A stretch of DNA of 64,000 bases. Source: Takakia lepidozioides (lineage: Eukaryota > Plantae > Bryophyta). The first letter of the stretch is position 1. Each line of letters begins with the position of its first letter. The notes beneath the pieces were generated by a model. That model saw nothing but the letters and a program-made list of their open reading frames with translations, did not search any database and was not told the origin of the DNA. A program made the position numbers and the translations under genes. Location of the stretch: NCBI GenBank assembly GCA_030704615.1, contig CM060733.1, positions 50,220,001-50,284,000 on the forward strand, in the 5' to 3' direction. This document shows, piece after piece, positions 1-12,400 of the stretch.

Positions 1-207
1 GCACCGCACTTTGCGACCCCCCCCCCCCCCCCCCCCACGGTGCTAATTCAGCAATGCAGAGTAGGGGTTTTTATTTATTTATTTATTTGACGACGCCCGG
101 CGTCGCAAATTTGGTTCTTCCCCCCTACCCGAAAAGGGCTGTTTTACGACGCGGCGGCGTGGCCGCGACGTCGAAACCCCCCCCCCCCCCCCATTTTTTG
201 TGTAGTG
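1..207. mobile_element. Right end of a CACTA (EnSpm) DNA transposon; left end outside the window
   Basis: Ends in TTTTTTGTGTAGTG (reverse complement CACTACACAAAAAA, the CACTA TIR). Short inverted subterminal repeats TTTGCGAC/CGTCGCAAA and poly-C tracts are present. It abuts and truncates the Copia integrase remnant at 208. Confidence 0.75.
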
Positions 208-2110
208 CATGTGATGCAGAATGCAGATCACATAGGTTGGAATGTACGAGTTCCAGTACATGAGCAGGTCTATGTGTTGCTAGGTCTATGTGTTGCTTGT
301 TTTAGAGCTTTCATGATGTTGTTTCCAGTGTTGGGCGGATATAGAATGATCCGGATATCAGAATTAGTGTATCCGAATCCGGATCCGGCAGCTCTTTGAA
401 TATATCCGACTACTATTTATATCCGGGGATACATAAAACAGAGGATCCGGATAGGATCTTAGCCGCCGGATATATAAAAAAGATTAATACCGGATTGTAT
501 CCGGTGTAGCAAACATACCATATCTCAACCCGATATAAGAAGGGTTAAGAAAGAAACAAATTAATAGAAATTTAATAAAATATAAAATAATAATATTTAT
601 TACATTTTGTTTTTTTGAGAACAGGGTTAATTTCCCTGATTAATTTTATTCATAAGTTATATTAGAATTGTAATGATTTAAATGATTAAATGAAAAAATT
701 TAAAGATATTATTTTTATGATTCATATATCCGGATTACTCTATAACCGCAGGATATTATGATCTGAATATCTGGACTTATTTATATCCTGCAGATTTTAA
801 AAAACTTCTACTATGCATAACTAGCGGATATTAGAAATGCAGATTATTCTAATATCCGGATCCACAGGATATATGATTCTCTAATTTGTGAAGTATCCGG
901 ACCCGGCGGATATTAAAAAAAGCTAAGAACCGCCCAACACTGGTTGTTTCCCCTCCTTGTATCCCTAATAAATGTGCGAAGATAGATTGATAGGAGGTAT
1001 GCCAGAGTGGCCAGGCCCTTAGTGGGAAGGAAGTGTACACTTTGAGGATTAAGGTGTCCAAGTCTATGATGCCATAGCCAAGAAGGATCTTCGACTGAGC
1101 AAATCTGAGTTGGTATCTTTTGCTGCAAAGTATTTTTTGTCGTCATGTACAGCCCAGTTGTTTTGTCTGGGGTTCCATGGCCAATGACATTCACAATCAA
1201 TCATTGATTGTCATTAAAGGTCAAGATTAAGAGAGTCCCCAACTGAAAGTAAATTTTTGGTAAGATTTGGCACATAAAGAACATCATCAATCTTTATTTC
1301 CCCATTTGTGAAGGCAAGATTCACAGTGCCTCTGCCCTAAATGGCATGAGGTTCTCGTCCTACAGTCTTAAGATATGACTATGTGATCTGGGGGAGCTAT
1401 CGAATGAAAGTCCGTTCTCTCTGCTGCTACGTGCCTAGATGCACCTGAGTCAATGTACCAATCTGTCTCCGTCCTAAATCTAGGGCATTGACGCTACATT
1501 CAAAAAGATCGAGAGATGTGTGTTCTTCATCGGTGAATTTGCTTTGGTTTGAGCCAACGTCCACTGCGTTGGCATGTGGACGATGCGCATTACGGCGTTC
1601 CCGAGCTCTCGTTGCCATTTCTTTTGCCAGCTTGGAACAGCTCCGCATGAGGTGGGCCCATGTCACCACAGAAGTTGCATGGTCCAAGTGTTCTTGGTCG
1701 GAAAGAGCTCCTCGACTGATCGTCATTTGATGTTTGAAAGAATCTGTTTGGTTCACCGCTAGATGGACGTCGACCTTGGTAGCCAGAATGGTGGAAAGAA
1801 TGATTCCTCATTCTTACCATGAGGGCTTCTGAGTTATCGCTTCCTCCCATAGCCTTAGCTCTAAACGTGAGTTCCCTCTCTTCTTGCAGCAACCTGCTCG
1901 AAACTTCAGCAGATTCAGTTGGTAGTTGCGTGTTGCCCGTTGAAGGACTATAATTTTCGGTGTCGTTTGATAGCATCTTTGTGATGACGGACATTCTCAT
2001 TTGTAGTGCCTCATTCTGTGGCCATCGAATCCATGATCTTGGCACATTGAAATGGCTCTCAACTTGAACAAATGGGAATAAGAATGAGCCAAGTTCACAG
2101 AGAATGTTCA
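208..2110 (-). mobile_element. Degenerate Ty1/Copia gag-pol remnant (zinc knuckle, protease, GAG-pre-integrase, start of integrase), interrupted by a hAT MITE
   Basis: Minus-strand motifs occur in Copia order: CNFCGDMG..H knuckle (~1640-1670), DWYIDSGASRH protease (~1430-1463), WLWHHRLGHLN (~1045-1080), GKQH spanning the hAT insertion site, and VLELVHSNLC (~228-258). Frameshifts and stops are present. Confidence 0.85.
326..942. mobile_element. Non-autonomous hAT element (MITE), 617 bp
   Basis: Perfect 13-bp TIR CAGTGTTGGGCGG / CCGCCCAACACTG. 8-bp TSD GTTGTTTC at 318-325 and 943-950. Many ATCCGG/CCGGAT subterminal repeats surround an AT-rich core. Confidence 0.93.
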
Positions 2111-2399
2111 TAATGACAATGGTGCCTGTATTGCAAGATCACCCTTGAGTTATGATGACATAGAGTTGTGCCCACATCTCCAAATGTACACATATTACTC
2201 TCGAATTCAATTTTATGATCACTTAGTATGTGATTTTGCAAATGTCAACATGATACCAGAGCCTAGCATGACTGAGTCTATAGTTTGTTGAGATCCAAGA
2301 ACGTGTAGCAAAGCTCCCGTTCCCTCTTCGCTTTCCCAATGACCAGTTAATATCAAGTCTCCGAGGTCAACAAGTTGAGTGGTCCTTTGAATTACACAA

Positions 2400-2830
2400 C
2401 CTGGAAATTCAGACTCAAGAATATCCTCCTTCAAGAGGACTTATATGGGACATCGTTGATCACCTCACTCCCACGAGAGCATTCGACCTTGAGAATGCTG
2501 ATCAAGTTGAGAACATGCGAAAGATGAGAGTGAAAGCTCTCACCACTTTGAATCTTTCTGTCAACGACCATATTGATCAAGCCTTCCATTGCACATTTTT
2601 TGGATCCAAAACAGAGCTGGAGACCTTACCTTGCTGTTTTTACATGTATGGCTCCTAACAATGCAGCTCGTTTGATGTTAAAGGACAAGCTAACTATGAT
2701 TAAGTTTGGTAATACGTCTGTTGTAGATTATCTTGCAAAGATCCAAGAAATTCAGTTTGAGCTCACGGGCATCGGGGGAAGCAGTTGCTGATAGAGACTT
2801 GGTTGAGAGAATGCTCAATACTCTCCTCAC
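2400..2830 (+). mobile_element. Second Copia gag (UBN2/Retrotran_gag_2-like) remnant, opposite orientation
   Basis: KALTTLNLSVNDH and ARLMLKDKLTMIKFGNTSVVDYLAKIQEIQFELTGIG resemble Copia gag. The reading frame is disrupted. Confidence 0.7.
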
Positions 2831-5800
2831 ATCTATAGTGGGGTCCTAAGGCAAGCCGCAGTACAAATTGTGGTGGACCCAACAATGAAAGAGAGAGTCC
2901 TGAAGACGATCGATGTGAGTGCTAAGTTCTCCTAGGGACGTGCTTGCTAGCGAGCTCGTGGGAAAGGGGAGATCCCCTCCGTCTCGTGCCGAAATTCGGC
3001 TTTCAGAGGCATGCTAGGCGCTGCGCAGATGGCCTGAACGCTACTGATGGATGCAGCACGCCTCGTGAGCAATAGTCCACTAAAGTAGTGGACACATTGA
3101 ATGCTCCATAGCCGCTCGACTGAATTATGAGTTATTCAACGCTCATCACTACAGAGTACATAGCTCACTATTCAATATAGCTGAGCCACCGATGTGTGCT
3201 GCTTCCAGCACCTTAACTCGACCGGCCCTCTGACTCAGTCTACAGGCGTTCCACAATGGGACAGCATCATGTGTCGAAACCACAACAAATAACTACTACG
3301 CGCCGATGAAATCTTCCACTAAAACTTGAAATCTTCCTTTTGAACACACAGCTCCTTAAATAGGATTGTCTATGGACACTGGTGGTTCAATGCGTAGTAC
3401 TCAGCTTAATTTCAAGGGACTTGGAGAGCTCTATCCTTGCAAATTTATGTACAATAAGTATCATTCCGTTCATTCTACCCATTGTCACACTAAAATCTAG
3501 GTAGGTACCAGCTAAAGGAATTGCGTGTTTGTTACTCACTGTACATTCCAATCCCTTTGAACTTCAAGGCAGTGCCCTCTGAATTTACTTGTTCATGCTT
3601 GTTCCTTCTCTAGGCCTGCTCCTTCCAAGACTTTGGAAACACGTTCCTGGACACTCGAGAATTGACATACAACCCATTTGGTAACATGTGTTCACTGAAA
3701 TTTAGGAGAGAAGGGATCAGCTTATGGTGGTCCATGGTGGTGCGATCAAGTGGCAAGGTGAGCATGATCAGAGCTCTGTCATACTCACAATTGTTTTTGG
3801 ATCATATACCTCATCAAGTTAGTACCATTGTTGCAAACATCAGGCCAACCCATTTTTCGCCATCTGTTCAAACACTTGATTCATGTATGGAGGCCATATC
3901 CTGTACTCGAAAGTCACATTCCGTGTGACTAAGTGAATGACGATGTGAAGCACCCACCCAATAGAGGTGGTCCAAGTCATGGAATCTTTTGCTGGTGGCG
4001 ACAACCCACATCAGTGAACACTCATTTGTCCTCGCTAGCCGAATGAAATGTAGATGCTGTGGACCTAATTGAATGTTTGCCAGAGGGTTTGAGCTCTAAA
4101 GCCACTACTAGTGAAGCTGGGACCTATCTGTATTCTAGGGCAGAGGCATCGCGACTCTTGAGTGAACTTGCTGAAACGAGTGAACCTGCTGGAACATGTG
4201 ACGAACAAATCTAATGGCCGGTGCATTCTGCATTTCGGAATGCACTCAAGGGAGCTGATGAATTCTGCTTTTTAACGGCACGATAAATACACACAAAATG
4301 TTTTGGCAGTGCTATACGCTGCAGGAACCTAACCCCCAAGCTTTGACCAAGTACAAAGTTCTAAATACGGGATCAACAGAAGCCTGCCTTGGTTCATTGG
4401 ATATATCCCACATGGATAAAGTGCTTGAACCCCCATATGCAAAAATGAAAAAAACTACTCCCAAATCAATAAAAACGTATACAAATTCAAACGTCTGATC
4501 AGCCTGAAAGTTCGCCACTATGTGCAGCTGGTAGGTGAGTAGCTAATGTCCGGTCAGTTTTTTAAAATTTTGTTTTACCCCGGAGTTATGCCAACTTTTT
4601 GAGGCAGGGGTCTTGTTTGTTGGCAAAGGTCAAAGATAGCCACGCGGCGTTTAAGGGAAAATGCTCTGGTTCCAGAATTGGAAATGCATGATCAATCTCC
4701 ACAACGTCACGCTTTCCTTGAAAAAGCTGTTGTAGGGAGATATCATGGTTGAGCGTAGTGAAAGAGAGGAGAGAAAAGACTGCCACCAAAAGCTGGCGTA
4801 CCTAAGAGCCACATTACCTTTCAACTATTACCTCCTCTCCAAGGTGGGGTCCTATATCACTGAAATTGAATATTCCTAATTTTTCGGTTAGTAGGCCCTA
4901 TACCATTGGAATTGCATTTATCCAATCAGTGGCCCAGAGCGAGTACAATTATCTTGGTTGGTGGGTTGTGGTTTTCCAACTTTCCTGTATTTGTAATGAT
5001 TCATGCGACAATAAGATGTACATAGCACATAATAGGATAAATATGTGAATGGTGCCAGAATGCATGAACCAAGATCTGAATCGACAAACTGTCAGGCAAT
5101 AGTATTGACCCTGAAGTGGATAGTGGAGAGGACAAGGAAAAAAAAATTGCTCTTCAATCTCAATCTCCCCTCTGTCAACTCAGGTGCTTCAGTAGTCTCA
5201 AGGTTGTCTTATCGACCAAGCTGTTCAAGCTCAGAGAGTGCATCCCGCAGAGCATATAGCTCACTTCACAGCCGCCAGGCCAATGGATGCACGTCTTACT
5301 ATCACCTGTACGACGGTGGTACTACCACCACCAGGCTGCCAGCTCAAATGCACATGATCAGACACAATGATCTGATGTATTGTGCATGCCTGACTATACT
5401 CGTTGTTGCCAAATCATGCTTACATGAGAGTGTTCTCACTTCCTTTGCCATTCCTGTCCTCCCCTCCAGGGCCACTGGTTCACTCTTGTCCAGCATCCAT
5501 TTCTAAGCAATTGGCTTCCCAATGGCACTGAGCTCTGTGAAAAGGGTGTTGAATGACTGAATGAAAATAGCACTAATGAGAACAGTGGCAATTGTACATT
5601 TCCTCTCCCCATGAATCTCCCATTTGCAAGTTTAAGAATCTCATACATCAACTTCAATCCATGCTTCCACAACATGCTTTCATAACAAGAAGCCCTCCTG
5701 AGCACGCCCAAAGCTAGTCAGAATTCTTGTGAGAACTGGATAGCATGCCATTCTCACAAGTTTCTTTCTGTTTCTTTCTGTTAAAGATTCACAGATTGTG

Positions 5801-6455
5801 TGTCTGTGTGTGCGCGGGTGTGTGTGTGAGGCAAAAATAACAAACAATTCTTGTGAAAAGCAGTGAAATGGTACCATTTCCCTTGAATCGCTAGCTGTCT
5901 AGCCAAAATACATCTATTCACTTGTGCTGAGCAAAGCTCTCTTTACCCCTTTGCCAATGTCTTATATATCCAAAACAATGAAATTGATTCTAAGACTCCA
6001 GAAGAATTTACACAATCTCAAATCCAACGTTTGGATGATTTTCCCCCTGAGGCTATGCGTGACAGCTTCCCTTCGTAGGGACTATTCTCTGACATACCAT
6101 CCTGTGTCCCTGCACAACACAACCCTCCATCCTATCAGTCATCTACCATCATGAGCTGAAGTAAAATGCAATAGGGTAACCTAATTTCATGTTGACAAAC
6201 ATGACGATTGTTCCACCCAGCAAAGCTTTGGAGTTAGAATTCTAGGCTTATTATTACAAAGACTCTCAGGGTCAGCACACAGCAGAGGAAAGAAAAACAT
6301 GAAATAACTGCCAGATGTTGTTTAAGATACAATTCAAAAACTGGGTATATATGCAAACCACCATCAAATCTGCGAAAATCTTAGTCAAATAGAAAATGCA
6401 CACCAAAAAATTGTATACAGCACCTTCCATGATGTAAACAGCTACATCTCCCAGT

Positions 6456-9400
6456 TTACGTACCAGCTAATCCAGGATCGGGCGTAGCCTTTCCTCCTAG
6501 AGAAGGGACTCGCTTTGACAGAGGGTTCTCTGTAGAGGCAGCAACAGAGCCCCCATTTGTATATCTCCGCATGCGTGTTTGTCCTGCTACTGATAGTTTC
6601 CTCACTGGTGATGTTTTCCGATCACCTCTCACTGGAGGACGAGGCACTTGTGTTTGGAGCAAAGCTCTGACATAAGATTGAGCAGGAAAGAGAATCATGA
6701 GTTGCAGAAACAGACAAATGGAGAGAAATCTGGTGAGGGGTCAAAATATCTATTAAAGAATGTACAAAGCAGATGCTAAACAGTAAATCCAGGGAAGTGA
6801 GGGGTCATACTTCCTGTGAGAGAGTACTCAGCAGACAGTACAGAACTTGACTCACATCTACAGATTCCCTAAGTGAAGGTATAGGACCTTGCTCTTCAGC
6901 AGACCTATAAGAATACTCCTTGTAAGCTAAGACCTTCCAATTCCCAGAGATTGATCGTGTCCCTCTAGGCCAAGAGAACTTACAAGGACATGAACAGCAC
7001 AGGGATACAACCCACAACCTTAAGTTGACATACTTCACAACGAAGCCACCATGCAGACAAACTCACCTCCTTTCCACCCATTGTTGAGGTTTCCCAAAAC
7101 TTGGCTGTAGCTTCTTGTTATGGTCAGTTGGGGGAGTTGACAGAAGGTCGCTATCCACAGACAAACAGCTTTCTGAGAAAATACTCACATTGTCATCGTG
7201 GTCCCCATCCCGCAGGTCAAAAATTCCTCCATTCTCTAGATGTTCTTCCAAGACTACGTCGTTCAACATGTAAGTACCTCTCTTATTCAGAACTCCCCTA
7301 TTCTCCTGCCCATCAATGACCCCTGGCACTTCCAACAAAGGTGCTGAGTGACCATTAGCACTTTGAGGACCATTTGATGGGGCTTTGAGCCGATTTATGG
7401 ACCGAGAAGGGAGTTGAATGGCAACAGTTGGACAAGGCAAGTCAGGCTCAACCACATCAGGAATTACCAACTCGCCACCATTTGCAAACCTAGCCGGCCT
7501 CTCACTATCTTGAGCTGCTAATACACTATTATCTATTGTTCTGTCATAACAGTCCTTGCTCACAGCTTCCTGCTGCAAGACAAAATCGCTCTTGCTTCTT
7601 TGTATCGCGTCCAGGTGGGTATGCTCCGAGTCAGGAGAAGAGTGGTTACGGGAAGAGGCATATTGTTGTTGACTTTTTGGTAGGTTCAGCTTGTGAGTGA
7701 GGTTACTGAGACCTTCATATTGTCCAGCTGAGGGTTGATTATCTGTTGGGGAGCCCACAGGTGATCCTCCTGATGACGGATCAGTAGGATCTTCAGAATT
7801 GTGGCTGGTGTTGAGCACAAGAGAGGGCGGGTGCTTGATTTCTCGACCAGGCAGCCTCCGAAGGGATTGGCGAACCTGCAGCAGTATAGGAACTGTTAGT
7901 TCCCCGGAAACACTGCATCTGATTTCAATCAACTCAAAAAGGTTTTCATTTACTTGTGGTGCCTGATCAACACCAACTGAAACTCCATCAGCATGTTGCA
8001 GGAGAGCATGCAACCTTTCAGTCATGAGTTCATCCAGCTATACAATAGTAGCAAACCTAAATTTACATCTCTAGCAACAGTCTAGCACACCCAACTAACG
8101 CCATGACTTGTCAGCTAAAACCCCATTTGAAGACATTTCATGACGACTTTACCATAAGAAATGTTGCTACCCATAGACTAAAGACTGGGATGACAGAAAA
8201 ATTGAACAACCTGACAACTATAAGGACCAATCTCAGCACTAGCTGATGCAGCTTCACCCAGTGAAGTGGCTGTCAAGAGCTGACCTCAACCCACCTGCTC
8301 TATTACTCTGCAGATGCCAGATAACCTTACTGCCATCATTGTCTCATAACCCCAAATTCCATTCCTCCATCACATGCGAGGGTGACCTCCATAAGAGCAG
8401 ATAATGAGTATGTCTCAGAGACAACATGCATACCTCAGCATTCCCAGCTCCACCCTCTATGGTCAGCCTGCGATTCCTTTGCTTTGCCGAGGGGTCGGTG
8501 CTCATTCGTCTAGCCTGGGACACTAGATTAGAAGTTTTCACCTTGGACCTCTCCAGACTCAGAAGACGTTCAATCTCTGCATCCTTCTTCACAACAGTAT
8601 CCCTGAGCTGTGCTACCTGTACAAGCAGAAGATGCAATGCCACACAAGGTTGAAGGAAGACTAGGGATGGGTACTCCAACGAAAAGGGGAAAATGCAGCA
8701 AAACCCAACAAAATGGCTAACAATACAGGAAAGAAGAAAATGATCTAGGTAGTTGTGCTGCAAGCGTAGCTGTCCCTGATTTGGCAAAGAACATCTGAGG
8801 GGTAGCAACGATCCATCAAAACTCAGAATAATTTTGCAATGCAAGATAAGAAATACTAGAGAACTTGCATATGTTCTCCAGCAGACCAACCTGATCCTTC
8901 AGGTCTCGGACATCGCCACTCTCCTTGTTACTGCGAGCAGCTCCAAGCTCCACTGATGACACTCTTTCTGCAAACTTGAGTGTACTCACAGTCTCTCCAA
9001 AGGACTCCATATCTGGGCTAATATGCACAAACATCAGAGTTTTTGCTTGCCCACCTGCACATGGAAACAAATCATAAGCTTGACTGAAGTGCAAGTAAAC
9101 AATGACGTCACTGCAAATGATTAGGAGATATCCTCTCAGCGACCACAACAATGCGAAAGCACAAATATTGAATACATGGCCGAAGTCCAACCAGACAGTA
9201 CCGAGGAAGAGTCTTGATCACAAACCTAGAGAATCTTGAAGCAGTTGAGTTAGCTTGCTGTTCCGAAAAGGCACATGACCATTCTTCTGCGCCAGTGCAG
9301 CAATCACATCCCCAAGTGCTGAGAGGGACTTATTGATATGTTGAGCTTCTTTCAGCCTGTCTCCAGTAGCTTCTGACTTGTCAACACGCTCGCTCCCAGC

Positions 9401-12400
9401 AAGATCCACTAGGTGGAGGCAGCCACGGAGGATTGAACCCGAAGTCAGGTCTGTCCCTTGCACATGCACAGTGAGGACACTGTATACCCACAACATGGCT
9501 TAAGTTCAGTTCAAACTTTTCAGTTGTCTTCCTCCTCTTTCACTGTTACAAAAGCTGTTCATAAAGCTGTAGAGACATAAGAGGGATAGTTTGCAGTCCT
9601 TAAATTACTCAGATTTAATTTCAACATATCTGAAAGCTTTGAATACTCGAGGTGTGATTAAATTTCACATCATGTTTGTTTGAGGCATTCACGAGAAGCA
9701 ACAACAATTCCTCCTCCTGAACCAACCAAACTTTCTTTAGAATTGTCCAAAACAGTTAATCACATACCTATGAGATCTACTACTCCGCTCGTTGAGAGCT
9801 GTGGCCCCAACAGCCCTGTTGCGCTGGCCAAGTTTCATTAACTCCAAGACATCTGCCGTTGACATGACTGGTAGTTTACTGGCATCTGGCACATTCATGC
9901 CATTGAGCTGCGAGTTGTTCCGGATCTCAAGCGTACACAAGTCAAGGTTTTCTTCTGATAAGCACTATGTGCAGATACTGACCAAAAACATGCAACACCT
10001 CCAGCGGGGAGCATCCGTGCATGGTACTTAACTGTAAAAACACTAACTCTCATATGCACTATTAGAGTAAGTTGGAAGCTTACATTGGCTGAAATGCAAT
10101 TCATGATCTCAATGCCCATAAAATTAGACTAAGCCATGCTAGGCAACTCATAAAATACTCCTATACTGCATGAAAAACTAAGAGAAGGAATGGAATGGCA
10201 GCATATCACCTTAGAATATCATTTTTCACAGCACATCTTGATTTCATAGGACCCACCACAAAACCAGTTACTCTCTTATAAATTTCTGTGAAGAAGTGGT
10301 GGGATGAAGTTGCCAAGCTTTTCAATATCAAATTCTGTACAAGCCATTTTCAACTAGGCGGCTACAGTTAACATAGCTGAGGTCTAGGGCCCAGGAAGTA
10401 AATCCCAACACGGGTTGACCAGCCATAGGGTGAAAATTTGGTACCAATATCTGGGGACTCGGCCAGATCCTGGATAACACAATGTTAGGCTGGTAAGTAA
10501 ATCACCACAAACTTTAGAAAAGGATATTTCTTGTGGCCGCAATCTGGCGCAAGAAGATCGCGCACTTGCTCATTATAAATCTCAATCATTTGCACACCAA
10601 TCTCGTACCGGAAAACATCTACTCGGCTCTGAGTGATGTGGAAGAGATCATGAAGCGCTCTGTAGTTAACTCCCCAGTCTGCCTCTGACATATTACTTGG
10701 ACCACTCTATAGTGACAATACAACAAAACAGCGTGTTTAGATTTCCACATCCATCAGTACCACACCAGCCAGCTCAGCAGTAGTTGCAAGAACTGAGAAT
10801 CATGTACATGAGGTTCTCTAAGTACGCCAAGCTGCTGGTAACCGTACATTACCACCTGAGCATACCGGCTTCATACTAGAGTCTACCTGGAGTGCTGTCT
10901 GAGCGAAACCAGGAAAATGGCCTCATTGTGAACACAAACATTAAGGAGGCTAATAAAGAGAGATCACAACTATTTGTAAAATGATAGCTCCTGGTCTTCC
11001 ACCTACCATGGTGAATGTTTTCCCAGAGCCTGTCTGTCCGTAGGCAAATATGCAAACGTTGAATCCATCCAGGACAGACCGAATCAACGGCTGTGTGTCC
11101 AAGAATACTTCCTCTGCACCTCACCAGAGCCCATCCCAACATTCTCATCTTGATGTTCTGTGGGATCAGACTTCATGGTGCTTCACAGCAGATGTGCACT
11201 ACATCTGAAAACTAATGCTGCCCATTTGGTAACTTATCAATGTGACTTAAACCATGCAAACAGTTCTGCCAAGGAATTGATGAAATGTCTACCAGTTTGA
11301 TACTCTCTAGCATGCCTACCAGCACTCAACAAAAAGTGCAAACAAAATAATGTACTGATCAGGAATGAATGTTAATAGAGACATTAAAACAACAAACAGC
11401 AATCCATAAACCCACATATATAACAAATAGCCGCAAAAGCATAACAAAACGAGCTTTACTCCTGCCATGTCAAGAACTGAGAGCATCTAACAAAGCTTTT
11501 TCACCTTGTGAAACAGTGGTTCCAAAGACTTTGTTGAAGTTGAATGACCTCCTTGCCTCCTTTCCTCCCTGTTTCGCAGGATTCACTACCACCAACTCTC
11601 CATTTTCCCCTATAAAGTCCAGAGTTGTTTGTCTTCCAGCTTCATTCTCAAGAAATGGCCGCACCCGGCAGTAGACCCGGATATTACCTGGAAGTAACAC
11701 AACCCAAAAAATACTCAGAAGACTTTGGTCTGAAAACTCGAGTTTCAAATCTCCCTCAATCTGCGAAGAGGGACCAAAATCAACCAGGGCACCATGGGTC
11801 TCCATGTTCATGTCCCAGTGACTAGTCAGCCAGAAAATGTTTCGACTTCCTGCATCAGTATACATCCCAAACACTTCCAACGGAGGAGTGACTGATAAAG
11901 ATATGAACCAACTTACCTTTAAGATCCTGTACTTCATTGTATAACATACGATTCTCTGCCAGCACTGTATGATAACCAGATGCTGCCCTAGCCATTCCTT
12001 GAAGCTGTCCCTCTGCAGAAAAAGAAAGGCAAATAAGCCTAATGTTATGGAAACACAGCTGGCATGCGCATAACCAGGAAAAAAGGTAATCATATGAAAG
12101 CTAGTCTCAAATGCAATGTATCTGTTGAGGACTTGATCATGGTGATAGTTTACCAAGATTGCTGAACTGTTTTCTCCACTCCATTTGCATTCTCAAAACC
12201 TCTTCCTTGGCATTCAGTGATGTGAATCTGAGATCCTGCATGATGAAACATACAATAAGAATCGATGTAAATGAAATGAAATGGTACTTACTAGCATCCA
12301 CAGGAAGAAAGAACTTACCACTCAACAGGACTGAAAGTGGGGTAATGATTGTGAGGCAGCCACAAACCATCCCTGGGCTGCAGACTGCAAAAGATTCAAG

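Noticed and set aside
3300-4200. Additional integrase remnant on the minus strand
   Set aside because: Only weak motif echoes (CDNG, NGLA); not supportable without a profile search.
5045-5711. ORFs 5045-5506 (+) and 5436-5711 (-) as separate genes
   Set aside because: No recognisable domain; probably the kinesin 3' UTR region or an unresolved last exon.
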